The notes under the pieces are model-generated. The model was not told where the DNA came from, did not search any database, and was given only the letters and a program-made list of their open reading frames with translations. The position numbers and the translations under genes are program-made. A stretch of 39,482 bases of DNA from Escherichia phage HZ2R8: sequence record NC_047923.1; one strand, written 5' to 3'. This document shows, piece after piece, positions 7,555-17,679 of this stretch (positions are counted from its first letter, which is position 1; every line of letters starts with the position of its first letter).

Positions 7555-10206
7555 ATGAGCACGATTAACATCGCTAAGAACGATTTCTCTGACATCGAAC
7601 TGGCTGCTATCCCGTTCAACACTCTGGCTGACCACTACGGTGAGCGCCTAGCTCGCGAGCAGTTGGCCCTTGAGCATGAGAGCTATGAAATGGGTGAAGC
7701 ACGTTTCCGCAAGATGTTTGAGCGTCAACTCAAGGCCGGTGAGGTTGCAGACAATGCAGCTGCTAAACCGCTGATTACTACTCTGCTGCCCAAGATGGTT
7801 ACACGCATCAACGACTGGTTTGAGGAAGTGAAAGCTAAGCGCGGCAAACGTCCAACCGCTTTCCAGTTCCTGCAAGGAATCAAGCCGGAATCTGTAGCGT
7901 ATATCACCATCAAGACTACCCTTGCTTGTCTGACGAGCGTTGACAATACAACCGTTCAGGCTGTAGCAAGCGCCATCGGACGGGCTATCGAGGAAGAAGC
8001 TCGCTTCGGTCGAATCCGTGACCTAGAAGCTAAGCACTTCAAGAAAAACGTTGAGGAACAACTAAACAAGCGCGTAGGGCACGTCTATAAGAAGGCATTC
8101 ATGCAGGTAGTCGAGGCTGATATGCTCTCTAAGGGTCTACTAGGTGGAGAGGCGTGGTCTTCATGGCACAAGGAAGACTCCATTCACGTTGGGGTGCGCT
8201 GCATCGAGATGCTCATTGAGTCCACCGGAATGGTTAGCCTGCACCGCCAAAATGCTGGCGTAGTGGGCCAAGACTCTGAGACTATCGAGCTGGCACACGA
8301 ATACGCTGAGGCTATCGCAACCCGCGCTGGGGCACTGGCTGGCATCTCTCCGATGTATCAGCCTTGCATAGTCCCTCCTAAGCCTTGGACTGGTGTAACT
8401 GGTGGTGGCTACTGGGCCAACGGTCGCCGCCCTCTGGTACTGGTACGCACTCACAGCAAGAAGGCACTGATGCGCTACGAAGATGTTTACATGCCTGAGG
8501 TATACAAGGCGATCAACATTGCGCAAAACACCGCTTGGAAAATCAACAAGAAAGTCCTAGCAGTTGCCAACGTGATAACCAAGTGGAAGCATTGTCCAGT
8601 CGAAGACATCCCTTCGATTGAACGTGAAGAACTCCCGATGAAACCGGAAGACATCGACACGAATCCAGAGGCGCTGACCGCTTGGAAACGTGCTGCTGCC
8701 GCTGTGTACCGTAAAGACAAGGCCCGTAAATCTCGCCGCATAAGCCTTGAGTTCATGCTTGAGCAAGCCAACAAGTTTGCTAACCGCAAGGCCATCTGGT
8801 TCCCTTACAACATGGACTGGCGTGGTCGTGTATACGCTGTGTCAATGTTTAATCCGCAAGGGAACGACATGACCAAAGGACTGCTGACACTGGCTAAAGG
8901 TAAACCAATCGGCAAGGAAGGTTTCTACTGGCTGAAAATCCACGGTGCTAACTGCGCGGGAGTTGATAAGGTTCCATTCCCTGAGCGCATCAAGTTCATT
9001 GAGGATAACCATGAGAACATCCTAGCGTGCGCTAAGTCCCCACTGGAAAACACTTGGTGGGCTGAGCAAGATTCTCCGTTCTGCTTCCTCGCGTTCTGCT
9101 TTGAGTACGCTGGGGTACAGCACCACGGCTTGAGCTACAACTGTTCACTGCCGCTGGCGTTCGATGGGTCTTGCTCTGGCATTCAGCACTTCTCCGCGAT
9201 GCTCCGCGATGAGGTAGGCGGTCGGGCTGTTAACCTGCTGCCTAGCGAAACCGTTCAGGACATCTACGGGATTGTTGCCAAGAAAGTTAACGAGATTCTG
9301 CAATCAGATGCAATCAACGGGACCGATAACGAAGTAGTTACCGTGACCGATGAGAACACTGGTGAAATCTCTGAGAAAATCAAGCTGGGTACTAAAGCAC
9401 TGGCTGGTCAATGGTTGGCCTACGGTGTAACTCGTAGCGTCACTAAACGTTCAGTCATGACGCTGGCCTATGGTTCCAAAGAGTTCGGCTTCCGCCAGCA
9501 AGTCCTTGAGGATACCATACAGCCAGCTATTGATTCCGGCAAAGGTCTGATGTTCACCCAACCTAATCAGGCTGCTGGGTATATGGCTAAGCTGATCTGG
9601 GAGTCAGTGAGCGTTACCGTAGTGGCTGCTGTAGAGGCCATGAACTGGCTTAAGTCTGCTGCTAAGTTGTTGGCTGCCGAGGTCAAAGATAAGAAGACTG
9701 GTGAGATTCTTCGCAAGCGTTGCGCGGTGTATTGGGTAACTCCTGATGGCTTCCCTGTGTGGCAAGAATACAAGAAGCCAATTCAGACTCGCTTGAACTT
9801 GATGTTCCTCGGTCAGTTCCGCTTACAGCCGACCATCAACACCAACAAGGACAGCGAGATTGATGCCCATAAGCAGGAGTCTGGTATCGCTCCTAACTTT
9901 GTACACAGCCAAGACGGTAGCCACCTACGTAAGACTGTAGTGTGGGCACATGAGAAGTACGGAATCGAATCTTTTGCACTGATTCATGACTCCTTCGGGA
10001 CCATTCCGGCTGACGCTGCCAACCTCTTCAAAGCTGTTCGTGAAACGATGGTTGACACCTACGAGTCCTGCGATGTGCTTGCTGACTTCTACAGCCAGTT
10101 CGCTGACCAGTTACATGAGTCCCAACTGGATAAAATGCCAGCACTTCCGGCTAAAGGTAACTTGAATTTACGAGACATCTTAGAGTCAGACTTCGCGTTT
10201 GCGTAA
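7555..10206 (+). CDS. 1: Single-subunit DNA-dependent RNA polymerase (T7 RNAP-like)
   Basis: 883-aa ORF, near-identical to T7 RNAP, same length. Confidence 0.97.
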   Translation: MSTINIAKNDFSDIELAAIPFNTLADHYGERLAREQLALEHESYEMGEARFRKMFERQLKAGEVADNAAAKPLITTLLPKMVTRINDWFEEVKAKRGKRPTAFQFLQGIKPESVAYITIKTTLACLTSVDNTTVQAVASAIGRAIEEEARFGRIRDLEAKHFKKNVEEQLNKRVGHVYKKAFMQVVEADMLSKGLLGGEAWSSWHKEDSIHVGVRCIEMLIESTGMVSLHRQNAGVVGQDSETIELAHEYAEAIATRAGALAGISPMYQPCIVPPKPWTGVTGGGYWANGRRPLVLVRTHSKKALMRYEDVYMPEVYKAINIAQNTAWKINKKVLAVANVITKWKHCPVEDIPSIEREELPMKPEDIDTNPEALTAWKRAAAAVYRKDKARKSRRISLEFMLEQANKFANRKAIWFPYNMDWRGRVYAVSMFNPQGNDMTKGLLTLAKGKPIGKEGFYWLKIHGANCAGVDKVPFPERIKFIEDNHENILACAKSPLENTWWAEQDSPFCFLAFCFEYAGVQHHGLSYNCSLPLAFDGSCSGIQHFSAMLRDEVGGRAVNLLPSETVQDIYGIVAKKVNEILQSDAINGTDNEVVTVTDENTGEISEKIKLGTKALAGQWLAYGVTRSVTKRSVMTLAYGSKEFGFRQQVLEDTIQPAIDSGKGLMFTQPNQAAGYMAKLIWESVSVTVVAAVEAMNWLKSAAKLLAAEVKDKKTGEILRKRCAVYWVTPDGFPVWQEYKKPIQTRLNLMFLGQFRLQPTINTNKDSEIDAHKQESGIAPNFVHSQDGSHLRKTVVWAHEKYGIESFALIHDSFGTIPADAANLFKAVRETMVDTYESCDVLADFYSQFADQLHESQLDKMPALPAKGNLNLRDILESDFAFA

Positions 10207-10214
10207 TAGCAAAT

Positions 10215-10237
10215 TAATACGACTCACTATAGAGGGG
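10215..10237 (+). promoter_or_regulatory. Phage RNAP promoter phi1.1A
   Basis: TAATACGACTCACTATAGAGGGG directly after the gene 1 stop. Confidence 0.85.
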
Positions 10238-10240
10238 CAA

Positions 10241-10275
10241 ACTCAAGGTCACTTAAACGAGTGGCCTTTTATGAT
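10241..10275 (+). promoter_or_regulatory. RNase III-type hairpin (R1.1-like)
   Basis: ACTCAAGGTCACTTAAACGAGTGGCCTTTTATGAT. Confidence 0.55.
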
Positions 10276-10280
10276 TGACC

Positions 10281-10303
10281 TTCTTCAGGTTAATACGACT
10301 CAC
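10281..10303 (+). promoter_or_regulatory. Phage RNAP promoter phi1.1B
   Basis: TAATACGACTCACTATAGGGAAG. Confidence 0.85.
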
Positions 10304-10391
10304 TATAGGGAAGACCTTAAGGTTTAACTTTAAGACCCTTAAGTGTTAATTAAAGATTTAAATTAAAGATTACTAATAGAGGACTTTAAGT
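10281..10391 (+). other. Candidate primary origin of replication (phi1.1 promoters plus AT-rich tract)
   Basis: AT-rich stretch 10304-10391 immediately downstream of phi1.1A/B, the arrangement of the T7 primary origin. Confidence 0.5.
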
Positions 10392-10520
10392 ATGCGTAAC
10401 TTCGAAAAGATGACCAAACGTTCTAACCGTAACGCTCATGACTTCGAGGCAACCAAGGGTCGTAAGTTTAATAAACCATTACGCACCCGTGCACATAAAC
10501 GCTGCTGGGAGGGTCAGTAA
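10392..10520 (+). CDS. 1.1: gp1.1-like small basic protein
   Basis: 42-aa ORF MRNFEKMTKRSNRNAHDFEATKGRK...; hand-translated. Confidence 0.6.
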   Translation: MRNFEKMTKRSNRNAHDFEATKGRKFNKPLRTRAHKRCWEGQ

Positions 10521-10521
10521 G

Positions 10522-10779
10522 ATGGGACGTTTATACAGTGGGAACCTGAATGACTTCAAGGCTTCTTGCAACAGGCTCTACCAGTTGGACCTTGCTGTTA
10601 TAGTCGTTGAGCAGGAAGGTTCACCAAACATAAAGGCAACCATGTACCTTCGGATTGAAGACCGTACTGGTCGCATAGTTGCTCAGGAAGAGATTCACCA
10701 CTGCGATGAAGACGTCCTGTACTCTATGGCAACCGCTTGGCTGAACCGTATGTACGACCAGTTGAAGGACTGGAAGTAA
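10522..10779 (+). CDS. 1.2: gp1.2 (inhibitor of host dGTPase)
   Basis: ATG at 10522 gives 85 aa MGRLYSGNL...DQLKDWK, T7 gp1.2-like; ORF-track start 10438 is upstream and overlaps 1.1. Confidence 0.8.
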   Translation: MGRLYSGNLNDFKASCNRLYQLDLAVIVVEQEGSPNIKATMYLRIEDRTGRIVAQEEIHHCDEDVLYSMATAWLNRMYDQLKDWK

Positions 10780-10799
10780 TACGACTCACTAAAGGGACA
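10777..10799 (+). promoter_or_regulatory. Phage RNAP promoter phi1.3
   Basis: TAATACGACTCACTAAAGGGACA, overlaps the 1.2 stop. Confidence 0.85.
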
Positions 10800-10802
10800 A
10801 TG

Positions 10803-10832
10803 CTTAAGGTCGCTCTAACTGAGTGGCCTTAG
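10803..10832 (+). promoter_or_regulatory. RNase III-type hairpin (R1.3-like)
   Basis: CTTAAGGTCGCTCTAACTGAGTGGCCTTAG. Confidence 0.55.
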
Positions 10833-10859
10833 TCATTTAACCAATAGGAGATAAACATT

Positions 10860-11882
10860 ATGATGAACATTAAGACCAACCCATTTAAAGCAACGTCTTT
10901 CGTAGAGTCTGCCATTAAGAAAGCTCTGGACAACGCTGGGTATCTTATCGCTGACATTAAGTATGATGGTGTACGTGGTAACATCTGCGTAGACAATACT
11001 GCTAACAGTTGCTGGCTCTCTCGTGTATCTAAAACGATTCCGGCACTGGAGCACCTAAACGGATTTGATGCGCGCTGGAAGCGTCTTCTGAATGATGACC
11101 GTTGCTTCTACAAAGATGGCTTTATGTTGGATGGAGAACTCATGGTCAAGGGAGTAGACTTCAACACGGGGTCCGGCATACTGCGTACCAAGTGGACCGA
11201 CACTAAGAACCAAGAGTTCCACGAAGAGTTATTCGTTGAACCAGTCCGTAAGAAAGACAAGGTTCCCTTTAAGCTGCACACTGGGCATCTGTGCGTCAAA
11301 CTGTATGCTATCCTCCCGCTTCACGTTGTAGAGTCTGGAGAAGACTGCGACATCATGACGCTGCTCATGCAGGAACACGTTAAGAACATGCTGCCTCTGC
11401 TACAGGAATACTTCCCTGAAATCGAATGGCAAGCGGCTGAGTCTTACGAGGTTTACGACATGGTGGAACTACAGCAACTGTATGAGAAGAAGCGTGAAGA
11501 AGGCCATGAGGGTCTCATTGTGAAAGACCCCATGGGAATCTATAAGCGAGGTAAGAAGTCCGGCTGGTGGAAGATGAAACCTGAGAACGAGGCTGACGGC
11601 ATTATCCAAGGTCTGGTATGGGGTACGGAGGGTCTGGCTAACGAAGGCAAAGTGATCGGCTTTGAGGTGCTTCTTGAGAGTGGTCGTGTAGTAAACGCCA
11701 CAAACATCTCTCGCGCCTTAATGGACGAGTTCACCAATACCGTAAACATTGAAGGTCGTGACTTCTACAACGGACACGCTTGCCAGATTAGCTACATGGA
11801 GGAAACACCAGACGGCTCTCTGCGTCACCCATCGTTCGTGTGTTTCAGAGGAACTGAGGACAATCCTCAAGAGAAAATTTAA
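10860..11882 (+). CDS. 1.3: ATP-dependent DNA ligase (gp1.3)
   Basis: 340-aa ORF; MMNIKTNPFKA... and the adenylation motif KYDGVRG. Confidence 0.92.
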   Translation: MMNIKTNPFKATSFVESAIKKALDNAGYLIADIKYDGVRGNICVDNTANSCWLSRVSKTIPALEHLNGFDARWKRLLNDDRCFYKDGFMLDGELMVKGVDFNTGSGILRTKWTDTKNQEFHEELFVEPVRKKDKVPFKLHTGHLCVKLYAILPLHVVESGEDCDIMTLLMQEHVKNMLPLLQEYFPEIEWQAAESYEVYDMVELQQLYEKKREEGHEGLIVKDPMGIYKRGKKSGWWKMKPENEADGIIQGLVWGTEGLANEGKVIGFEVLLESGRVVNATNISRALMDEFTNTVNIEGRDFYNGHACQISYMEETPDGSLRHPSFVCFRGTEDNPQEKI

Positions 11883-11889
11883 TCACAAT

Positions 11890-11920
11890 GGCTCACCGAA
11901 AGGTGGGCCTTTCTGCGTTT
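11890..11920 (+). terminator. Early intrinsic terminator (TE-like) after the ligase gene
   Basis: GGCTCACC-GAAA-GGTGGGCC (8-bp stem with one G-U pair, GAAA loop) followed by TTTCTGCGTTT. Confidence 0.7.
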
Positions 11921-11942
11921 AATACGACTCACTATAGGAGAT
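11920..11942 (+). promoter_or_regulatory. Phage RNAP promoter phi1.5
   Basis: TAATACGACTCACTATAGGAGAT. Confidence 0.85.
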
Positions 11943-11949
11943 ACACATA

Positions 11950-12039
11950 ATGATGTACTTACTTCCACTACTAATTATCATCGTCGGGTGTCTTGCGCTA
12001 CACTATAGCGATGACGACATGCCCGATGGTCACGCTTAA
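11950..12039 (+). CDS. 1.5: gp1.5-like small protein
   Basis: 29-aa [32 protein letters not shown] directly after phi1.5; too short to be confident. Confidence 0.35.
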   Translation: MMYLLPLLIIIVGCLALHYSDDDMPDGHA

Positions 12040-12059
12040 TACGACTCACTATAGGAGAC
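12037..12059 (+). promoter_or_regulatory. Phage RNAP promoter phi1.6
   Basis: TAATACGACTCACTATAGGAGAC. Confidence 0.85.
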
Positions 12060-12064
12060 ACTAT

Positions 12065-12325
12065 ATGTTCCGACTTCATTTCAACAAAAGTCTTAAGAAT
12101 TTCACTGTTCGCCGTGCTGACCGTTCAATCGTATGTGCGAGCGAGCGCCGAGCTAAGTTACCTCTTATTGGTGACACAGTTCCTTTGGCACCGAGCGTCC
12201 ACATCATTATCACCCGTGGTGACTTTGAGAAAGCAATAGACAAGAAACGTCCGGTTCTTAGTGTGGCAGTGACCCGCTTCCCGTTCGTCCGTCTGTTACT
12301 AAAACGTATCAAGGAGGTGTTCTGA
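12065..12325 (+). CDS. 1.6: gp1.6-like protein
   Basis: Internal ATG of ORF 11993..12325, directly after phi1.6; 86 aa [21 protein letters not shown]... Confidence 0.7.
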   Translation: MFRLHFNKSLKNFTVRRADRSIVCASERRAKLPLIGDTVPLAPSVHIIITRGDFEKAIDKKRPVLSVAVTRFPFVRLLLKRIKEVF

Positions 12326-12853
12326 TGGGATGCATAGCGTGCTTAGAGAAAGATGACCGTTATCCACATACCTGTAATAAAGGAGCTAACGATATGACCG
12401 AACGTGAACAAGAGATTATCATTAAGTTGATAGACAATAACGAAGGTCGCCCAGATGATTTGAATGGCTGCGGACTTCTCTGCTCTAATGTCCCTTGTCA
12501 CCTCTGCCCCGCAAATAACGATCAAAAGATAACCTTAGGTGAAATCCGAGCGATGGACCCACGTAAACCTAAACTGGATAAACCAGAGGTAACTCCAACA
12601 GATGACCAGTCTTCCGCTGAGTCAATCGAAGGTGTCACTAAGCCATCCCATTACATGCTGTTTGACGACATTGAGGCTATTGAAGTGATTGCCCGTTCGA
12701 TGACCAGTGAGCAGTTCAAAGGGTACTGCTTCGGGAACGTACTTAAATATCGCCTACGTGCTGGTAAGAAATCCGAACTGGCTTACTTAGAGAAGGACAT
12801 GGCGAAAGCTGGGTTCTACGGTGAACTGTACGAGAAACATAAGGACAAGTGCT

Positions 12854-12864
<11 letters not shown>
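12325..12864 (+). CDS. 1.7: gp1.7 nucleotide kinase-like protein
   Basis: 179-aa ORF with Cys-rich N-terminus, T7 gp1.7-like. Confidence 0.85.
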
Positions 12865-13169
<305 letters not shown>

Positions 13170-13172
<3 letters not shown>

Positions 13173-13192
13173 TACGACTCACTATTGGGGAA
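13170..13192 (+). promoter_or_regulatory. Phage RNAP promoter phi2.5
   Basis: TAATACGACTCACTATTGGGGAA. Confidence 0.8.
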
Positions 13193-13237
13193 GACTCCCT
13201 CTGAGAAACTAAACGAAACCTAAAGGAGATTAACATT

Positions 13238-13936
13238 ATGGCTAAGAAGATTTTCACCTCTGCACTGGGTACTGCCGAACCTTACGCTTACATCTCTAAG
13301 CCGGACTACGGCAACGAAGAGCGTGGCTTTGGGAACCCTCGTGGTGTATACAAAGTTGACCTGACTATTCCCAACAAAGACCCGCGCTGCCAACGTATGG
13401 TCGATGAAATCGTGAAGTGTCACGAAGAGGCTTATGCTGCTGCCGTTGAGGAATATGAAGCGAACCCGCCTGCTGTAGCTCGTGGTAAGAAACCACTGAA
13501 ACCGTATGAAGGTGACATGCCGTTCTTCGATAACGGTGACGGCACGACTACCTTTAAGTTCAAATGCTACGCGTCCTTCCAAGACAAGAAGACCAAAGAG
13601 ACCAAGCACATCAATCTTGTTGTGGTTGACTCCAAAGGTAAGAAGATGGAAGACGTTCCGATTATCGGCGGTGGCTCTAAGCTGAAAGTCAAGTATTCTC
13701 TTGTTCCGTACAAGTGGAACACTGCTGTAGGTGCTAGCGTTAAGCTGCAACTGGAATCCGTTATGTTGGTCGAACTGGCTACCTTTGGTGGCGGTGAAGA
13801 CGATTGGGCTGACGAAGTTGAAGAGAACGGCTATGTTGCCTCTGGTTCTGCCAAAGCGAGCAAACCACGCGACGAAGAAAGCTGGGACGAAGACGACAGT
13901 GAGTCCTACGAAGAAGACGAAGACGGAGACTTCTAA
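13238..13936 (+). CDS. 2.5: Single-stranded DNA-binding protein (gp2.5)
   Basis: 232-aa ORF with acidic C-terminal tail ending ...EEDEDGDF; AAGGAG SD; follows phi2.5. Confidence 0.95.
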   Translation: MAKKIFTSALGTAEPYAYISKPDYGNEERGFGNPRGVYKVDLTIPNKDPRCQRMVDEIVKCHEEAYAAAVEEYEANPPAVARGKKPLKPYEGDMPFFDNGDGTTTFKFKCYASFQDKKTKETKHINLVVVDSKGKKMEDVPIIGGGSKLKVKYSLVPYKWNTAVGASVKLQLESVMLVELATFGGGEDDWADEVEENGYVASGSAKASKPRDEESWDEDDSESYEEDEDGDF

Positions 13937-14392
13937 GTGGCTGGCGCATACGCTGCGCGTGGTATCAGAAAGGTCGGGACATTCCGTTCCGGCCTAGAAG
14001 ATAAAGTCTCTAAGCAGCTAGAGGGTAAGGGTATCAAGTTCGACTATGAACTGTGGAAAATCCCTTACGTTGTCCCTGCGAGTAACCATGTCTACACTCC
14101 AGACTTCCTGCTGCCTAACGGAATCTTTATTGAAACCAAAGGTTTATGGGAGAGTGACGACCGAAAGAAACACTTACTGATTCGCGAACAGTTTCCCGAA
14201 CTGGACATCCGTCTGGTATTCTCAAGCTCACGCACCAAGCTGTACAAAGGGTCTCCGACCAGTTACGGTGAGTGGTGCGAGAAGCACGGCATACTGTTTG
14301 CTGACAAATTAATTCCGGTAGAATGGCTCAAAGAACCTAAAAAGGAGGTGCCATTTGACAAGTTAAAGCAATCTAAGGGAGGAAAGAAATAA
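13937..14392 (+). CDS. 3: Endonuclease I (Holliday junction resolvase, gp3)
   Basis: 151-aa ORF starting at GTG; T7 endonuclease I-like throughout. Confidence 0.9.
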   Translation: MAGAYAARGIRKVGTFRSGLEDKVSKQLEGKGIKFDYELWKIPYVVPASNHVYTPDFLLPNGIFIETKGLWESDDRKKHLLIREQFPELDIRLVFSSSRTKLYKGSPTSYGEWCEKHGILFADKLIPVEWLKEPKKEVPFDKLKQSKGGKK

Positions 14393-14847
14393 TGGCTCGT
14401 GTACAGTTTAAACCACGTGAATCTACTGACGCAATCTTTGTCCACTGCTCTGCTACTAAGCCAAGTCAGAATGTAGGTGTCCGTGAGATTCGTCAGTGGC
14501 ATAAAGAGCAAGGTTGGCTTGATGTGGGGTATCACTTTATCATCAAGCGCGATGGTACCGTGGAGGAAGGCCGAGATGAGATGGCTGTGGGTTCTCACGC
14601 CAAGGGTCACAACCATAACTCAATCGGTGTCTGCCTCGTTGGTGGCATTGACGATAAAGGTAAGTTCGAAGCTAACTTTACGCCAGCCCAAATGCAATCC
14701 CTCCGCTCACTGCTTGTCACACTACTGGCTAAGTATAAAGGCGCTGTTCTTCGAGCGCATCACGATGTGGCTCCGAAGGCTTGCCCTTCGTTCGACCTTA
14801 AGCGTTGGTGGGAGACGAACGAACTGGTCACTTCTGACCGTGGCTAA
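14392..14847 (+). CDS. 3.5: Lysozyme / N-acetylmuramoyl-L-alanine amidase (gp3.5, also RNAP inhibitor in T7)
   Basis: 151-aa ORF near-identical to T7 lysozyme. Confidence 0.95.
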   Translation: MARVQFKPRESTDAIFVHCSATKPSQNVGVREIRQWHKEQGWLDVGYHFIIKRDGTVEEGRDEMAVGSHAKGHNHNSIGVCLVGGIDDKGKFEANFTPAQMQSLRSLLVTLLAKYKGAVLRAHHDVAPKACPSFDLKRWWETNELVTSDRG

Positions 14848-14848
14848 T

Positions 14849-14871
14849 TAATTGAACTCACTATAGGGAGA
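14849..14871 (+). promoter_or_regulatory. Phage RNAP promoter phi3.8 (TAATTGAACTCACTATAGGGAGA)
   Basis: Consensus-like; followed by the leader hairpin GGGAGACCACAACGGTTTCCC (14866-14886). Confidence 0.8.
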
Positions 14872-14903
14872 CCACAACGGTTTCCCTTTGTTCGCAACGT
14901 TGA

Positions 14904-16619
<1,716 letters not shown>

Positions 16620-16637
16620 CAGGATTCTTGATGATTT

Positions 16638-16660
16638 TAATACGACTCACTAAAGGAGAC
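16638..16660 (+). promoter_or_regulatory. Phage RNAP promoter phi4.3
   Basis: TAATACGACTCACTAAAGGAGAC. Confidence 0.85.
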
Positions 16661-16665
16661 ACACC

Positions 16666-16878
16666 ATGTTTAAACTGATTAAGAAGTTAGGCAAACTGCT
16701 GGTTCGTTTGTATAACGTAGAAGCTAAGCGACTGAACGACGAGGCCCGTAATGAAGCCACACAATCACGTGCTCTGGCTATCCGCGCTAACGAACTGGCT
16801 GACAGTGCGTCCAATAAAGTTACCGAGGCAGCTCGCGTAGCCAACCAAGCCCAGCAACTTTCCAAATTCTTTGAGTAA
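16666..16878 (+). CDS. 4.3: gp4.3-like protein
   Basis: 70-aa ORF directly after phi4.3; GGAGA SD. Confidence 0.7.
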   Translation: MFKLIKKLGKLLVRLYNVEAKRLNDEARNEATQSRALAIRANELADSASNKVTEAARVANQAQQLSKFFE

Positions 16879-16897
16879 TCAAACAGGAGAAACCATT

Positions 16898-17167
16898 ATG
16901 TCAAACGTAGCTGAAACTATCCGTCTATCCGATACCGCCGACCAGTGGAACCGCCGAGTTCACATCAACGTTCGTAACGGAAAGGCTACTATGGTTTACC
17001 GTTGGAAGGACTCTAAGTCCTCTAAGAATCACACTCAGCGTATGACGTTGACGGACGAGCAAGCACTGCGTCTGGTCAATGCGCTTACCAAAGCTGCCGT
17101 GACAGCAATCCATGAATCTGGTCGCGTCAATGAAGCTATGGCTATCCTCGACAAGATTGATAGCTAA
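16898..17167 (+). CDS. 4.5: gp4.5-like protein
   Basis: ORF-track start 16871 is TTG; ATG at 16898 with AGGAGA SD gives 89 aa MSNVAETIRLSD... Confidence 0.7.
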   Translation: MSNVAETIRLSDTADQWNRRVHINVRNGKATMVYRWKDSKSSKNHTQRMTLTDEQALRLVNALTKAAVTAIHESGRVNEAMAILDKIDS

Positions 17168-17176
17168 GAGTGGTAT

Positions 17177-17206
17177 ACTCAAGGTCGCCCTAGTGGTGGC
17201 CTTCAT
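17177..17206 (+). promoter_or_regulatory. RNase III-type hairpin (R4.7-like)
   Basis: ACTCAAGGTCGCCCTAGTGGTGGCCTTCAT. Confidence 0.5.
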
Positions 17207-17211
17207 GAATA

Positions 17212-17234
17212 CTATTCTACTCACTATAGGAGAT
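17212..17234 (+). promoter_or_regulatory. Phage RNAP promoter phi4.7 (divergent: CTATTCTACTCACTATAGGAGAT)
   Basis: -8 to +6 match consensus; upstream specificity region carries substitutions, so probably weaker. Confidence 0.6.
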
Positions 17235-17240
17235 ATTACC

Positions 17241-17660
17241 ATGCGTGACCCTAAAGTTATCCAAGCAGAAATCGCTAAACTGGAAGCTGAACTCGAAGAC
17301 GTTAAGTACCATGAAGCCAAGACTCGCTCCGCTGTTCACATTTTGAAGAACTTAGGCTGGACTTGGACACGACAGGCTGGCTGGAAGAAGCCGGAAGTTT
17401 ACAAGCTGAGCCACAAGGTGTTCGATAAGGACACTATGACCCACGTCAAAGCTGGTGATTGGGTCAAGGTTGATACAGGAGCACATGGTGGATATGGTTA
17501 TGTTAGGAGCGTAAGAGGCAACCTAGCACAAGTATCGTTTATAGAACGCATAGTATTTGACTGCGTTATAGCGCAAGAGTCGTCGAGGATGTATCCAGCT
17601 GATTGTCTGAGAGTTGTCTCATATGATGAACTCGTTCGTACATTTACAGGTAAGAAATAA
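17241..17660 (+). CDS. 4.7: gp4.7-like protein
   Basis: Internal ATG of ORF 17112..17660, after phi4.7; MRDPKVIQAEIAKLEAELEDVKYHEAKTRSAV... Confidence 0.7.
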   Translation: MRDPKVIQAEIAKLEAELEDVKYHEAKTRSAVHILKNLGWTWTRQAGWKKPEVYKLSHKVFDKDTMTHVKAGDWVKVDTGAHGGYGYVRSVRGNLAQVSFIERIVFDCVIAQESSRMYPADCLRVVSYDELVRTFTGKK

Positions 17661-17679
17661 TGCCTAAGGAGAAATCAAT

